Shown one piece after another: positions 20,371 to 28,817 of a DNA stretch of 41,245 bases. How positions within the stretch are numbered: the stretch's first letter is position 1; each line of letters opens with the position of its first letter. The notes beneath the pieces were generated by a model, which saw only the letters and a program-made list of their open reading frames with translations, did no database searches and was not told the origin of the DNA. The stretch is taken from contig JBATWQ010000117.1 of NCBI GenBank assembly GCA_049672765.1, positions 1 through 41,245 of the forward strand, written 5' to 3'. Source of the stretch: Microthrixaceae bacterium. Lineage in GTDB: Bacteria > Actinomycetota > Acidimicrobiia > Acidimicrobiales > Microtrichaceae. The translations under genes and the position numbers were made by a program.

Positions 20371-20868
20371 CTACTGGGCGTCCAGCTTGGCCACCCGGCC
20401 AGCATGTCTTCCGCCCGCGAAACGGGCCGAGAGAAACGCGTCCACCGCGTCCTTGGCCACCTCGACCCCGATGAGTCGCTCACCGAGGCAGATCACGTTG
20501 GCATTGTTGTGTTCCCGGGTCAGACGGGCAGACGTGACGTCGTGAACTGCGGCGGCGCGGATGCCGTGGATCTTGTTGGCGGCCATGCACACACCGAGGC
20601 CCGATCCGCAGACCGCCACTCCAAGGTCGGCCTTACCATCCGCGACCTCTCTGCCGAGCGCAAACCCGAAGTCCGGATAATCGACACGGGCGTCGCCGTG
20701 GGTTCCGAGGTCGGTGACCTCTATTCCCTGCTCGCTGAGATAGCTGACCAATTCGTCCTTAAGATGCACACCGGCGTGGTCGGCAGCGAGAGCTACCCGG
20801 AGTGGTTCCGAAGCACCTTTGGATGTGTCATCAGCGTTGGTCACGGGGTCCAGCCTACCCGATGCCAT
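20371..20868 (-). CDS. rpiB: Ribose-5-phosphate isomerase B (RpiB/LacAB family)
   Basis: The core starts at RVALAADHAGVHLKDELV and includes ...AVCGSGLGVCMAANK... and ...CLGERLIG... I trimmed the track ORF (to 21009) to the ATG at 20868 so it does not overlap the divergent gene. GTG at 20844 is an alternative start. Confidence 0.8.
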   Translation of the reverse strand: MASGRLDPVTNADDTSKGASEPLRVALAADHAGVHLKDELVSYLSEQGIEVTDLGTHGDARVDYPDFGFALGREVADGKADLGVAVCGSGLGVCMAANKIHGIRAAAVHDVTSARLTREHNNANVICLGERLIGVEVAKDAVDAFLSARFAGGRHAGRVAKLDAQ

Positions 20869-20892
20869 TGAACCCGATATTGGTCCCGACCG

Positions 20893-20898
20893 TAGGAT
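20893..20898 (+). promoter_or_regulatory. Candidate -10 hexamer (TAGGAT) placed for a leaderless transcript of the thiolase-like gene
   Basis: It fits TANNNT and ends 7 nt before the ATG at 20906. No SD is visible. The divergent spacer to rpiB is only 37 bp. Confidence 0.3.
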
Positions 20899-20905
20899 CG
20901 GGCTC

Positions 20906-22474
20906 ATGGGTTCAGCAACAGACGGTGCAAACGGCAACGAACCGACAGGGCCATCGGGAGCGCCCAGAGGCGCTGGATCCAGGTCCATCGACCCCAGGCT
21001 CCCGGTCATAATCGGGGTGGGTCAGTTCCTCAACCGGGTCGATAGAGGCGCCGAGTCAATCGAACCTGCGGGGCTGATGGCCGAAGCGGTTCGAATCGCA
21101 GCGGCGGACTGCGGCAGTACCGAGGTCGGCTCCGGGGTGCTCTCCAACGTCGAGCTCACAGCTGCGGTGCCCACCTTCACTTGGCGCTACCGGGATCCGG
21201 CGGCGCTCGTGAACGCCGCCCTTGGAATCAGCGGCGCCCGCACCTGGTACGCGACCGTGGGCGGCAACACGCCCCAAATGCTCATGAACCGGATCTGCTT
21301 GTCAATCTCGTCCGGCGATCTCGACCTCGCGATCCTCTGCGGCGCCGAGGCCGGCCGTACGCGGGGTGTGGCCCGCCGAGAGGGACGCGAACTCGATTGG
21401 ACCAAGCAGGACGACGCTGTGACTCCGGACTGGATGGACGAATCGCCGTTCTTCATGGGTCATGAGGCCGACGCGGCGCGGGGCGTGGTCATGCCGCTCC
21501 AGACGTACCCGGTGTTTGAAAGCGCCCTCTGGCATGAATCAGGGCTCAGTCGCGACGAGCACTTGCACCGCGTCGGTGAAATCTGGAGTGGCTTTTCGAA
21601 GGTCGCCAGCGAAAACCCCTTCGCCTGGCGACGGGAGTCCTACACGGCGGACGAAATCGTCACCCCGACCGAGGAGAACCGGCTGCTCGGCTCGCCCTAC
21701 ACCAAGCGGATGGTGGCCAACCCCGATGTGGACATGGCCTCCGCGGCCATCGTCTGCTCGGTGGCCAAGGCCCGGGCGTTGGGAATCTCGCCGGACCGGT
21801 GGGTATTCGTCCACTCGGGCACCGACGCCAAAGACCGCTCCATTTCTGAGCGACCCAACTTCCATTCCTCCCCCGGGATCCAGGTCGCGGGATCTCTCGC
21901 ATTGGAACTCGCCGGGGTGGGAATCGACGACGTTGCCCACCTCGACGTGTACTCCTGCTACCCGTCGGCCGTGCAGATCGCCATGAGGGCACTTGGCATT
22001 GGTGCGGACCGACAACTCACGGTCTACGGAGGTTTGGCCTTCGCAGGTGGCCCCTGGAACAACCCGGTCGGGCACGCCATCGCTTCAATGGTCGACGTTC
22101 TACGTGCTGATGCCGGAGCCAGCGGATTCGTGACTGCAAACGGCGGGAACATCGACAAACACGCTTTTGGGGTCTACTCGACCAAGCCTCCGACGGGAGG
22201 ATTCCGATACGAGAGCCCCCAACAGAAGGTCGACCAGGTCCCTGGGATCCAAGCAGTCGTCGATCACAGTGGCGAGGCCGTCATCGAGGGTTGGGCGGTC
22301 ATGCACGATCGCGAGTCGAATCCCGAGAAGGCCCATGCCGCATGCTTGACGCCCGAAGGCAAAAGGACCTGGGCAGTCACTGGTGATCCGGCAGTCATGA
22401 CCGAGCTGGTTTCCTCGGACATGACTGAGCGGGTCGTGGTGATCGACGGGGCAGGCAACTTCGAGATCAAATAA
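20906..22474 (+). CDS. Thiolase-like protein (acetyl-CoA acetyltransferase superfamily, long form)
   Basis: About 522 aa from the ATG at 20906. The N-terminal LPVIIGVGQF..., the condensing-enzyme-like layout, and ...YSCYPSAVQIA... and GGLAFAGGPWNN near the C-terminal half resemble non-classical thiolase/lipid-transfer-type proteins. Substrate is unknown. Confidence 0.6.
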   Translation: MGSATDGANGNEPTGPSGAPRGAGSRSIDPRLPVIIGVGQFLNRVDRGAESIEPAGLMAEAVRIAAADCGSTEVGSGVLSNVELTAAVPTFTWRYRDPAALVNAALGISGARTWYATVGGNTPQMLMNRICLSISSGDLDLAILCGAEAGRTRGVARREGRELDWTKQDDAVTPDWMDESPFFMGHEADAARGVVMPLQTYPVFESALWHESGLSRDEHLHRVGEIWSGFSKVASENPFAWRRESYTADEIVTPTEENRLLGSPYTKRMVANPDVDMASAAIVCSVAKARALGISPDRWVFVHSGTDAKDRSISERPNFHSSPGIQVAGSLALELAGVGIDDVAHLDVYSCYPSAVQIAMRALGIGADRQLTVYGGLAFAGGPWNNPVGHAIASMVDVLRADAGASGFVTANGGNIDKHAFGVYSTKPPTGGFRYESPQQKVDQVPGIQAVVDHSGEAVIEGWAVMHDRESNPEKAHAACLTPEGKRTWAVTGDPAVMTELVSSDMTERVVVIDGAGNFEIK

Positions 22475-22500
22475 TCGAACTCGGCGGTGTCACCTCGGCT

Positions 22501-22965
22501 TCAGAGGCGGTCGAGGCGATCCAACCGGGCTCGCAGAGATCGCAGGATCTGCTCAGAGGCCTTGGGCATTTCCTCAAGGAGAACTCGAAAGGCGTCGGAG
22601 TTGAACTCGAGAGTCGTCAACTCAGTGTCCGCGAGGACCGTCGCAGTTCTTGGACGCCTATCTACCAGGGCCATCTCTCCGATCATCGAACCGGGCCCCG
22701 AGGTCGTCACGTACTCTCCCCGCACGTAGACACTCGCCTGACCCGAGATGATCACGTGGCAGACGGTCCCGGGATCACCCTGGTCGACGATCACCTGTCC
22801 TGGGCTGAAATGCCTCTCATTCGAGATCTCGGCGACACGTTCAGCCTCGTCGTCGCTGAAGTTCGCGAACAGCGGGATTTCCTGGATGACACCCTTGCGG
22901 TCAGGCCGTCCATCTTTGCTGTCCACCCGCTGCTCCCTATGTCCGGATTCGCCCCAAATCATCAT
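22501..22965 (-). CDS. Stand-alone cyclic nucleotide-binding (cNMP/CAP-effector) domain protein
   Basis: IPLFANFSDDEAERVAEISNERHFSPGQVIVDQGDPGTVCHVIISGQASVY...GSMIGEMALVDRRPRTATV is a classic cNMP-binding beta-roll with a phosphate-binding cassette (GEMAL...RTA). There is no HTH or other output domain. GTG at 22926, with an AGGGAG SD, is a plausible alternative start. Confidence 0.8.
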   Translation of the reverse strand: MMIWGESGHREQRVDSKDGRPDRKGVIQEIPLFANFSDDEAERVAEISNERHFSPGQVIVDQGDPGTVCHVIISGQASVYVRGEYVTTSGPGSMIGEMALVDRRPRTATVLADTELTTLEFNSDAFRVLLEEMPKASEQILRSLRARLDRLDRL

Positions 22966-22988
22966 TGGGTCGTTGGAACACTAACCCT

Positions 22989-23975
22989 TCAGGAGCGAGG
23001 GCGACGGGCCAATAGAGTCCGGTCACGACCGGTCAGATCTGTGGCAATTCGGCAGTCGTGGAAGTATCCGTCGGCAAGTTCCAGAACCGTCCCCGCCTGC
23101 TCCGGAGACAGCTCGCAGACAAGCACCCCTTCCGGCTGTAGCCACTCCCCCGCCCCGGCAACTATCTCGCGCAGGTCGTCGGTCCCGTCCTCACCGGACC
23201 ACAGCGCAGACCCGGGCTCCCAGTCGGTCACCTCGCCGGGAAGTTCGATCGCCGTCGCCACGTACGGCGGATTCGAGATGATCAGGTCCACGGTGCCACG
23301 GAGATCATCGGGCAGCGCCTCGAACCATGACCCCAGTGCGCTGCTGACCCGGGCGCCACTTCTACCCAGCCCCGCGATGTTTGCTCTCGCAACATCAAGG
23401 GCGTCGGCTGAGGAGTCCGTGAGCCAGACGCGGGAGCGGACCCGCTCCGCCGCAACCGATAGCCCGATGGCTCCGGATCCAGTTCCCAGATCGACTACGA
23501 GTGTCTCTCTCTCGGTCCCGCCGATCAGGTCCAACTCCGCCAACGCCATTTCGACGACTGCTTCGGTTTCCGGCCGCGGTATCAACACACGGCGGTCGAC
23601 CATCAGGTCCAGGGTCCTGAACGACCACGAGCCGAGTACATACTGGAGGGGTTCTCCGGTGAGTCTGCGGGAGAGCATCCTGTCGTAGCGCGACATGCCA
23701 CCCTCGGTCACCAATTCGTCCAGACCCAGCAGGAACGCCGAGGGTGATGCGCCGGATGCCTCTTCGATGATCCGCCGAGCATCACCTGCCGCATCCGGAT
23801 TGCCGCTCGCTGCCAGCGCTTCGCGCGCCTCGACCAGCAGTTCACCCCAGCTGACCGTTCCGTCCTCACGACCGGTCGCTTCGTCGCTGGCAGCGAAGTC
23901 CCGAGCTGCTGGGTAGCTGTCTTCTCCGCTGCCTGAGCGGTCGGGTCCCGTAGGATCAGGATCCGCGTCGTTCAA
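22989..23975 (-). CDS. prmC: Release-factor glutamine N5-methyltransferase (PrmC/HemK)
   Basis: SAM motif VVDLGTGSGAIG and catalytic IISNPPY. The TTG start overlaps the prfA stop (TTGA). The acidic N-terminal extension makes the exact start uncertain. Confidence 0.9.
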   Translation of the reverse strand: MNDADPDPTGPDRSGSGEDSYPAARDFAASDEATGREDGTVSWGELLVEAREALAASGNPDAAGDARRIIEEASGASPSAFLLGLDELVTEGGMSRYDRMLSRRLTGEPLQYVLGSWSFRTLDLMVDRRVLIPRPETEAVVEMALAELDLIGGTERETLVVDLGTGSGAIGLSVAAERVRSRVWLTDSSADALDVARANIAGLGRSGARVSSALGSWFEALPDDLRGTVDLIISNPPYVATAIELPGEVTDWEPGSALWSGEDGTDDLREIVAGAGEWLQPEGVLVCELSPEQAGTVLELADGYFHDCRIATDLTGRDRTLLARRPRS

Positions 23976-25054
23976 GAAACTTCCTCGGCCAGTCGGGTCG
24001 CCCGATCATCGGCCACGAGGGCGTCGCTGATCTCGGTCAGGTCACCCGAGAGAATTTTGTCGAGGTGGTAGAGGGTCAGTCCGATCCGGTGGTCCGAGAC
24101 CCTGTTCTCCTTGAAGTTGTAGGTGCGGACCTTCTCGCTCCTACCGCCGCCACCTATCTGCGCCTTGCGCTGTCCGGAGGCTTCGTTCATCTGTCGGTCC
24201 TGCTCGAGCTTGAGCAGGCGTGCTCGCAGAACCTGCAGGGCCTTCGCACGATTCTGGATCTGACTCTTCTCGTCCTGCATCGCCACGACCAGGCCCGTCG
24301 GAAGGTGCGTGATCCGCACCGCAGAGTCGGTCGTGTTGACCGACTGACCTCCGGGGCCGGACGAGCGGTAGACGTCGACGTTCAGGTCGTTGGGATCGAT
24401 CTGGACGTCGACCTCGTCGGCCTCGGGAAGCACCGCGACCGTCGCGGATGACGTGTGGATCCGACCCTGCGATTCGGTGACCGGCACACGCTGGACCCGG
24501 TGGACACCGGCTTCGAACTTCATCCGGGACCAGACCCGGTCACCGCTCAACCGGAACGTGACCTCCGCCAGCCCGCCAAGATCCGACGGAGATGAGGACA
24601 TCACCTCCATCTTCCAACCGAGGCTGGACGCGAAGCCCTGATACATGCCGAAAAGGTCCTTTGCGAACAGGTTCGCCTCTTCACCTCCCTCAGCACCTCG
24701 GATCTCGATGATCACATTCCGCTCATCGAAGGGATCAGACGGAAGCAACAGCATTCGTAGATCCCCACCAAGTTGTTCAACCGCAGCTTCGAGCTCGTTC
24801 ACTTCTCCGCGCAGCAACTCGCGATCTGCCGGGTCGGCCGAGGCGTGAAGCTCACGGGCGGCCTCGAGGTCTCCTTCGGTTTCGCGCAGACGATTCAGGA
24901 GCGTGACGACATCGTCGAGTTCCTTGTAGCGCTTCGACAGTTCGATGTAACGGCTCTGATCTGCAGCAACGTCCGGGTCGCCGAGTCGCGCCTGGACGTC
25001 ATGGAACTCCCGCTCCAGAACTTCGAGTCGGGACGCTAGGTCGGTCCAGCTCAT
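23972..25054 (-). CDS. prfA: Peptide chain release factor 1
   Basis: GGQ motif (RSSGPGGQSVNTTDSAVRITHLPTG) and PVT tripeptide (RVQRVPVTES). I trimmed the track ORF to the ATG at 25054 (MSWTDLASRLEVLEREF). Confidence 0.96.
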   Translation of the reverse strand: MSWTDLASRLEVLEREFHDVQARLGDPDVAADQSRYIELSKRYKELDDVVTLLNRLRETEGDLEAARELHASADPADRELLRGEVNELEAAVEQLGGDLRMLLLPSDPFDERNVIIEIRGAEGGEEANLFAKDLFGMYQGFASSLGWKMEVMSSSPSDLGGLAEVTFRLSGDRVWSRMKFEAGVHRVQRVPVTESQGRIHTSSATVAVLPEADEVDVQIDPNDLNVDVYRSSGPGGQSVNTTDSAVRITHLPTGLVVAMQDEKSQIQNRAKALQVLRARLLKLEQDRQMNEASGQRKAQIGGGGRSEKVRTYNFKENRVSDHRIGLTLYHLDKILSGDLTEISDALVADDRATRLAEEVS

Positions 25055-25055
25055 G

Positions 25056-26069
25056 TCAGCCCCAGTCAACTTCTGTTCCGAGTACCTCTGCCCGACCTTC
25101 GAGCATGTCTGCGAGCTCAACCGTCGCGTTGTGGCGGTCCCGAGCGGGGACCGCTATCACCAGATCGGCCGAAGGGTCGAGCGCCGCACGCAGGTCTGCG
25201 GCGAGCGGCACGGTCGCCATGTTGATTCCGGTGGAACAGACAACAATCACCGTCCCACCGTCAGGGCGTTCGCCGTAGGCGGCAGCGGGATGCGGGTCGC
25301 GCATTCCGGGGGACTCGGTGGTCATGGCCACGGCCTCGAGTCGGGTGGCGCCCACCCGTCCGGGCTCGTCGAGCAGCGAAACCCGAAGCCAGCGCTCTCG
25401 GCTCAGCAGCTGGAGCGGATGCACCGGAGCGCCCGGGTAGCGATGCTTGCGTACGACCTCGAGGGTTCGCCGGAGCGCGTCTTCGGGCGACATGTCGGCG
25501 TTGACCGCAGCTACAGCATCCCGATCGAATCGCCCGACGCCCGCTTCCAGGTGCAACTCATCGTCGCCCCCGTTAGCCGCAGGCCAGCGGACCAGGCGGG
25601 CCACTTCCAGCCCGAGCAACTCTCCTCGGACGACCCCGTGCTCTACGACCACTTCGAGGCGTTGGGACCGCAGAATGTCGATGAGGTCACCTGGGGCGCT
25701 CGGGGCAGGAACGGTCGCCGGGACCGGGTCGGCGACCACTGCTGACGCGGTCGACCCAGCAACCTCGAGCACCGAAATCAGCAAGTCCCCAGACGAAAAG
25801 TACGAGGCGAATCTCGCGGCCGTTGACGCAGCTTCGTCGACTAACACAACCAGCTCTGTGCAGTTGTTCCTCCGCGCCCACAGCACCGCCGAGGCAACCG
25901 GTCCGGGGTCGCCCTTTTCGATCAACCCGTAGGCGCGACCTCCGTCGGCCATGACCGTCAACGCGCCTCGGGCCTCGGGCTCCGAAGCGTTCTCGCCAAC
26001 CGGGCCGAGGGACCGGACAAGCCCGGTCAGCTTCGAGGCCAGCAGGCGCTCCCGCTGGTCCGACTGCAT
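25056..26069 (-). CDS. Hypothetical soluble protein (337 aa) embedded between rpmE and prfA
   Basis: I trimmed the track ORF (25056-26282) to the ATG at 26069 (MQSDQRERLLASKL...), because the upstream part overlaps rpmE. The stop TGA (25058-25056) is 1 nt from the prfA ATG. I see no TM helix, P-loop or recognisable motif. Confidence 0.6.
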   Translation of the reverse strand: MQSDQRERLLASKLTGLVRSLGPVGENASEPEARGALTVMADGGRAYGLIEKGDPGPVASAVLWARRNNCTELVVLVDEAASTAARFASYFSSGDLLISVLEVAGSTASAVVADPVPATVPAPSAPGDLIDILRSQRLEVVVEHGVVRGELLGLEVARLVRWPAANGGDDELHLEAGVGRFDRDAVAAVNADMSPEDALRRTLEVVRKHRYPGAPVHPLQLLSRERWLRVSLLDEPGRVGATRLEAVAMTTESPGMRDPHPAAAYGERPDGGTVIVVCSTGINMATVPLAADLRAALDPSADLVIAVPARDRHNATVELADMLEGRAEVLGTEVDWG

Positions 26070-26145
26070 GGTCACCTGGCCTGGGAACGGGTGCGTTGAT
26101 GCCGCTGCGGCCAGGCCCTGGGGCCCACCGTCAGCGGCGATCGAC

Positions 26146-26490
26146 TCACTCTGATTCGGTTGTCTCGGCTTCAGCGGACTCCGGGTCGGGTGTGTCCGAC
26201 GCCGGGTTCTCCGAACCTGCCGCCTCGGATGCTCCACCCGCAGACTTGCGCCTGCCGTAGCGACGCTCGAAGCGCTCCACACGACCGGCGGTATCGACGA
26301 TCTTCATCTGGCCCGTGAAGAACGGGTGGGTGAATGCCGAGATCTCGACCTTGGCGAGCGGGTACTCGTTGCCGTCGGTCCAGGTGGTGGTCTCGTGGCT
26401 GTCGATGGTCGATCGGGTCAGGATCTTGTCGCCGGAGGACGTGTCCTGAAAGACGACGTACCGGTAGTTGGGATGGATTCCGGGCTTCAT
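26146..26490 (-). CDS. rpmE: 50S ribosomal protein L31, type B (Cys-less) with an acidic C-terminal extension
   Basis: [28 protein letters not shown]...[25 protein letters not shown]. There is no CxxC pair, so this is the zinc-independent type B. It carries an extra tail of about 30 aa rich in Ser/Glu/Ala. Confidence 0.9.
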   Translation of the reverse strand: MKPGIHPNYRYVVFQDTSSGDKILTRSTIDSHETTTWTDGNEYPLAKVEISAFTHPFFTGQMKIVDTAGRVERFERRYGRRKSAGGASEAAGSENPASDTPDPESAEAETTESE

Positions 26491-26551
26491 TGGACTCTCC
26501 GTTGGGGCACCGGTTTCCGTGCGGCACCCATATGGGGGACGAATAAGTATT

Positions 26552-26582
26552 GCGCGGGTACGCGCCCCGGAGCGAACCGGGG
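26552..26582 (-). terminator. Two adjacent GC hairpins immediately after the rho stop (terminator/attenuator candidate)
   Basis: CCCCGG-n6-CCGGGG lies at 26565-26582 and GCGCG-n4-CGCGC at 26552-26565. In the RNA sense these are followed by the A/U-rich CAAUACUUAUUCG. The first hairpin starts 8 nt after the rho stop. Confidence 0.35.
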
Positions 26583-26590
26583 AGATTCGC

Positions 26591-28564
26591 TCAGCGAACC
26601 GCTGGGCCCTTGGCGATCTCGGCGAGGAACGAGTCGTTGGTAGGGAACTTGCGCATGCGGTCGATCACCAGGTCGAGGGCGGCGGAATCGTCACCATCGA
26701 CGGTGAGGGCCGCGAGCAGCCGGCGGAGCTTCCAGACCAGTTGAAGGCGGTCGTGGTCGATCAGCAGTTCTTCGTGACGAGTCGATGACCCTGCGACATC
26801 GATCGCCGGGAACACCCGACGCTCGGCGGCACCCCGGTCGAGGCGGAGTTCCATATTGCCGGTTCCCTTGAACTCTTCGAAGATCACTTCGTCCATCTTC
26901 GAGTTGGTGTCGACCAGAGCGGTGGCGAGGATCGTCAGGGAGCCGCCCTCTTCGATGTTGCGGGCCGCTCCGAAGAACCGCTTGGGCGGGTAAAGAGCCC
27001 CGGTGTCGAGGCCCCCGCTCATGATGCGTCCACCGGCAGGTGCTGCCAGGTTGTAGGCCCTCGAGAGCCTGGTGATCCCGTCGAGGATGACCACGACGTC
27101 CTGGCCCTGTTCGACCATGCGCTTGGCGCGCTCGATCACGAGTTCGACGACCTGGGTGTGCTCCTCCGGGGGGCGATCGAAGGTCGACGCGACGACCGCT
27201 CCGTTGACCGAACGACTCATGTCGGTGACTTCCTCGGGTCGCTCATCGACCAGCAGGACGATCAGCTCGACCTCGGGATGGTTCTTTTCGATCGCCTGGG
27301 CGATCGTTTTCATCACGGTCGTCTTGCCGGCCTTGGGAGGCGACACGATCAGGCCGCGCTGACCCTTTCCGATCGGGGCCAGAAGATCGATGATCCGCGA
27401 GGTGATGTCGTAGGGCTGGTCGGCGCGTTCCAGAATGAGCTGCTCGTTGGGGAAGACCGGAGTGAGTTCCTCGAACTTCGGACGCTCCCGCGAGCGGTCC
27501 GGATCGCCGCCGTTGACGGTGTCGATCCTCAGCAGCGCCGGGTTCTTCTCGCCACGATTGGCTGGGCGGCTGGTTCCGGTCAGCCAGTCACCGCGGCGCA
27601 GCCCGAACTGGCGGGTCTGCTTGACCGAGACATAGACATCGTCACGACTGGGCATGACGCCACTGACGCGTAGGAACCCGTAGCCCTCGTCGCGCAGATC
27701 CAGTGTTCCTGAAACCTCGATCGGCTCCCCTTCCCACTGCGTCTGGGTCTCGGAACCGTCGTCGTTGCGATCACGGTCGCGGCCACGACGGCGACGGCGC
27801 TTACGCCCCTCACCCTCCTGGTGCTGGGAGTCGCCGTCATCACCCTGGCGGCCATCGCCACCGTCCTGGTGAGACCCGCCCTGGGATCCCCCTCCCTGGC
27901 TCCCCTGGCCTCCTTGACCGGACTGGCCGGATGCGCCGGCCTGGCTTCCCTGACCGGACTGGCCGGATTGCCCGGACTGGCCGGATTGCCAGCTGCCCTG
28001 CTGGGACTCCTGACCGTTACGCGAACCACGGTCCTCGGACCGGGCGGATTGGCCTCCACGTTGGGTTCCGGACCTTGATCCGCCGCGGTCCTGTTGTCCC
28101 CGCTGACGTCCCGGGCCTTCAGAGTCGGGGCCGTTGCCTGCCTGGTCTCGACCCGAGCCGGAATCGGACGATTCCTCCGCGGGGCTACGTTCCGCGTCGG
28201 CGGCACGGGCCCGCGGGGTCGACCGACCCGACGTGCTGCTCGACGGACGACCGTCGGAGCGTCCGGAGTCGGAACCACTGTCGCCGGACCCGCCTGCTTC
28301 AGCCGCGTCGGCGCCGGCTGACTCCGAGGCTTCCGCCTCGGCCCCACCAGCTTGGGATGCTCCGTCCGATCCACTCTCGTCCGATCCCGCGGATTCCGTA
28401 CCCCCGGAGGACGATCCGACACCGGCCAGGTCGAGGATCATCTGGACCAAGTCTGCCTTGCGGGTCCTGGACGTCGGTTTACCGCCGAGAACGGTTGCGA
28501 TTGTCGCGAGTTCGGTCCGGTCCTTGCGTTCGAGGCCTTCGAGGTCGATCGAGTCACCACTCAC
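26591..28564 (-). CDS. rho: Transcription termination factor Rho with a large low-complexity N-terminal insertion
   Basis: 657 aa. Rho_N helix bundle ([17 protein letters not shown]...), then an insertion of about 240 aa rich in G/S/Q/R/D, then a CSD-like RNA-binding domain (GYGFLRV...) and an ATPase core with Walker A PPKAGKTT. Confidence 0.96.
   Translation of the reverse strand: MSGDSIDLEGLERKDRTELATIATVLGGKPTSRTRKADLVQMILDLAGVGSSSGGTESAGSDESGSDGASQAGGAEAEASESAGADAAEAGGSGDSGSDSGRSDGRPSSSTSGRSTPRARAADAERSPAEESSDSGSGRDQAGNGPDSEGPGRQRGQQDRGGSRSGTQRGGQSARSEDRGSRNGQESQQGSWQSGQSGQSGQSGQGSQAGASGQSGQGGQGSQGGGSQGGSHQDGGDGRQGDDGDSQHQEGEGRKRRRRRGRDRDRNDDGSETQTQWEGEPIEVSGTLDLRDEGYGFLRVSGVMPSRDDVYVSVKQTRQFGLRRGDWLTGTSRPANRGEKNPALLRIDTVNGGDPDRSRERPKFEELTPVFPNEQLILERADQPYDITSRIIDLLAPIGKGQRGLIVSPPKAGKTTVMKTIAQAIEKNHPEVELIVLLVDERPEEVTDMSRSVNGAVVASTFDRPPEEHTQVVELVIERAKRMVEQGQDVVVILDGITRLSRAYNLAAPAGGRIMSGGLDTGALYPPKRFFGAARNIEEGGSLTILATALVDTNSKMDEVIFEEFKGTGNMELRLDRGAAERRVFPAIDVAGSSTRHEELLIDHDRLQLVWKLRRLLAALTVDGDDSAALDLVIDRMRKFPTNDSFLAEIAKGPAVR
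27955..27990. repeat. 18-bp tandem repeat x2 (plus a degenerate copy near 27917) inside the rho insertion
   Basis: CGGACTGGCCGGATTGCC occurs at 27955-27972 and 27973-27990. It encodes part of the ...[14 protein letters not shown]... run. Confidence 0.85.
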
Positions 28565-28788
28565 TGCTATGTCCCACTTGTCTCTCTGGCAACGGATTCG
28601 GTCACGCTGCGATTGTCGGCCAGTCGACGCACCAATAGCGGTCGATCTGACAATTCAACGGTTTGCGGTACCCCTGGACCTGGGCAACCACTTGAGCGTC
28701 AGGGACGATGCCCGGACAACCAAGTGGCACTAACAGCCGGCGACCGATCACGTTGATCGGCTGGCCGCAAGCCCCCTAGCGGTACCTT

Positions 28789-28817
28789 TATGAACTTTTC
28801 GACTCTAACTAGGTCAA
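28789..28817 (-). promoter_or_regulatory. Candidate rho promoter within a 336-bp leader/intergenic region
   Basis: Minus strand reads TTGACC (28817-28812), a 17-nt spacer, then TTCATA (28794-28789), in the only AT-rich patch of the spacer. This would give a 5' UTR of about 220 nt. The -10 match is weak. Confidence 0.25.

Noticed and set aside
20869-21009. N-terminal extension of the rpiB ORF, and the 20819 start of the thiolase-like ORF, which would give a 190-bp divergent overlap
   Set aside because: The RpiB family normally starts 1-3 residues before the ...ALxxDHAG motif. The extensions are Pro/Gly/Ser-rich. Internal ATGs resolve the overlap completely.
26070-26282. Upstream extension of the rpmE-prfA unknown ORF (track start 26282)
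   Set aside because: It would overlap the 3' end of rpmE by more than 130 nt in another frame, and its translation is Arg/Pro-rich junk. The ATG at 26069 is the first start downstream of rpmE.
27580-28733. Alternative-frame ORFs inside the rho insertion: 27580-28422(-), 27703-28638(+), 27821-28078(+), 28134-28733(+)
   Set aside because: They are a compositional artefact of the repetitive G/C-rich codon usage. Only the Rho frame connects the conserved N-terminal and RNA-binding/ATPase domains.
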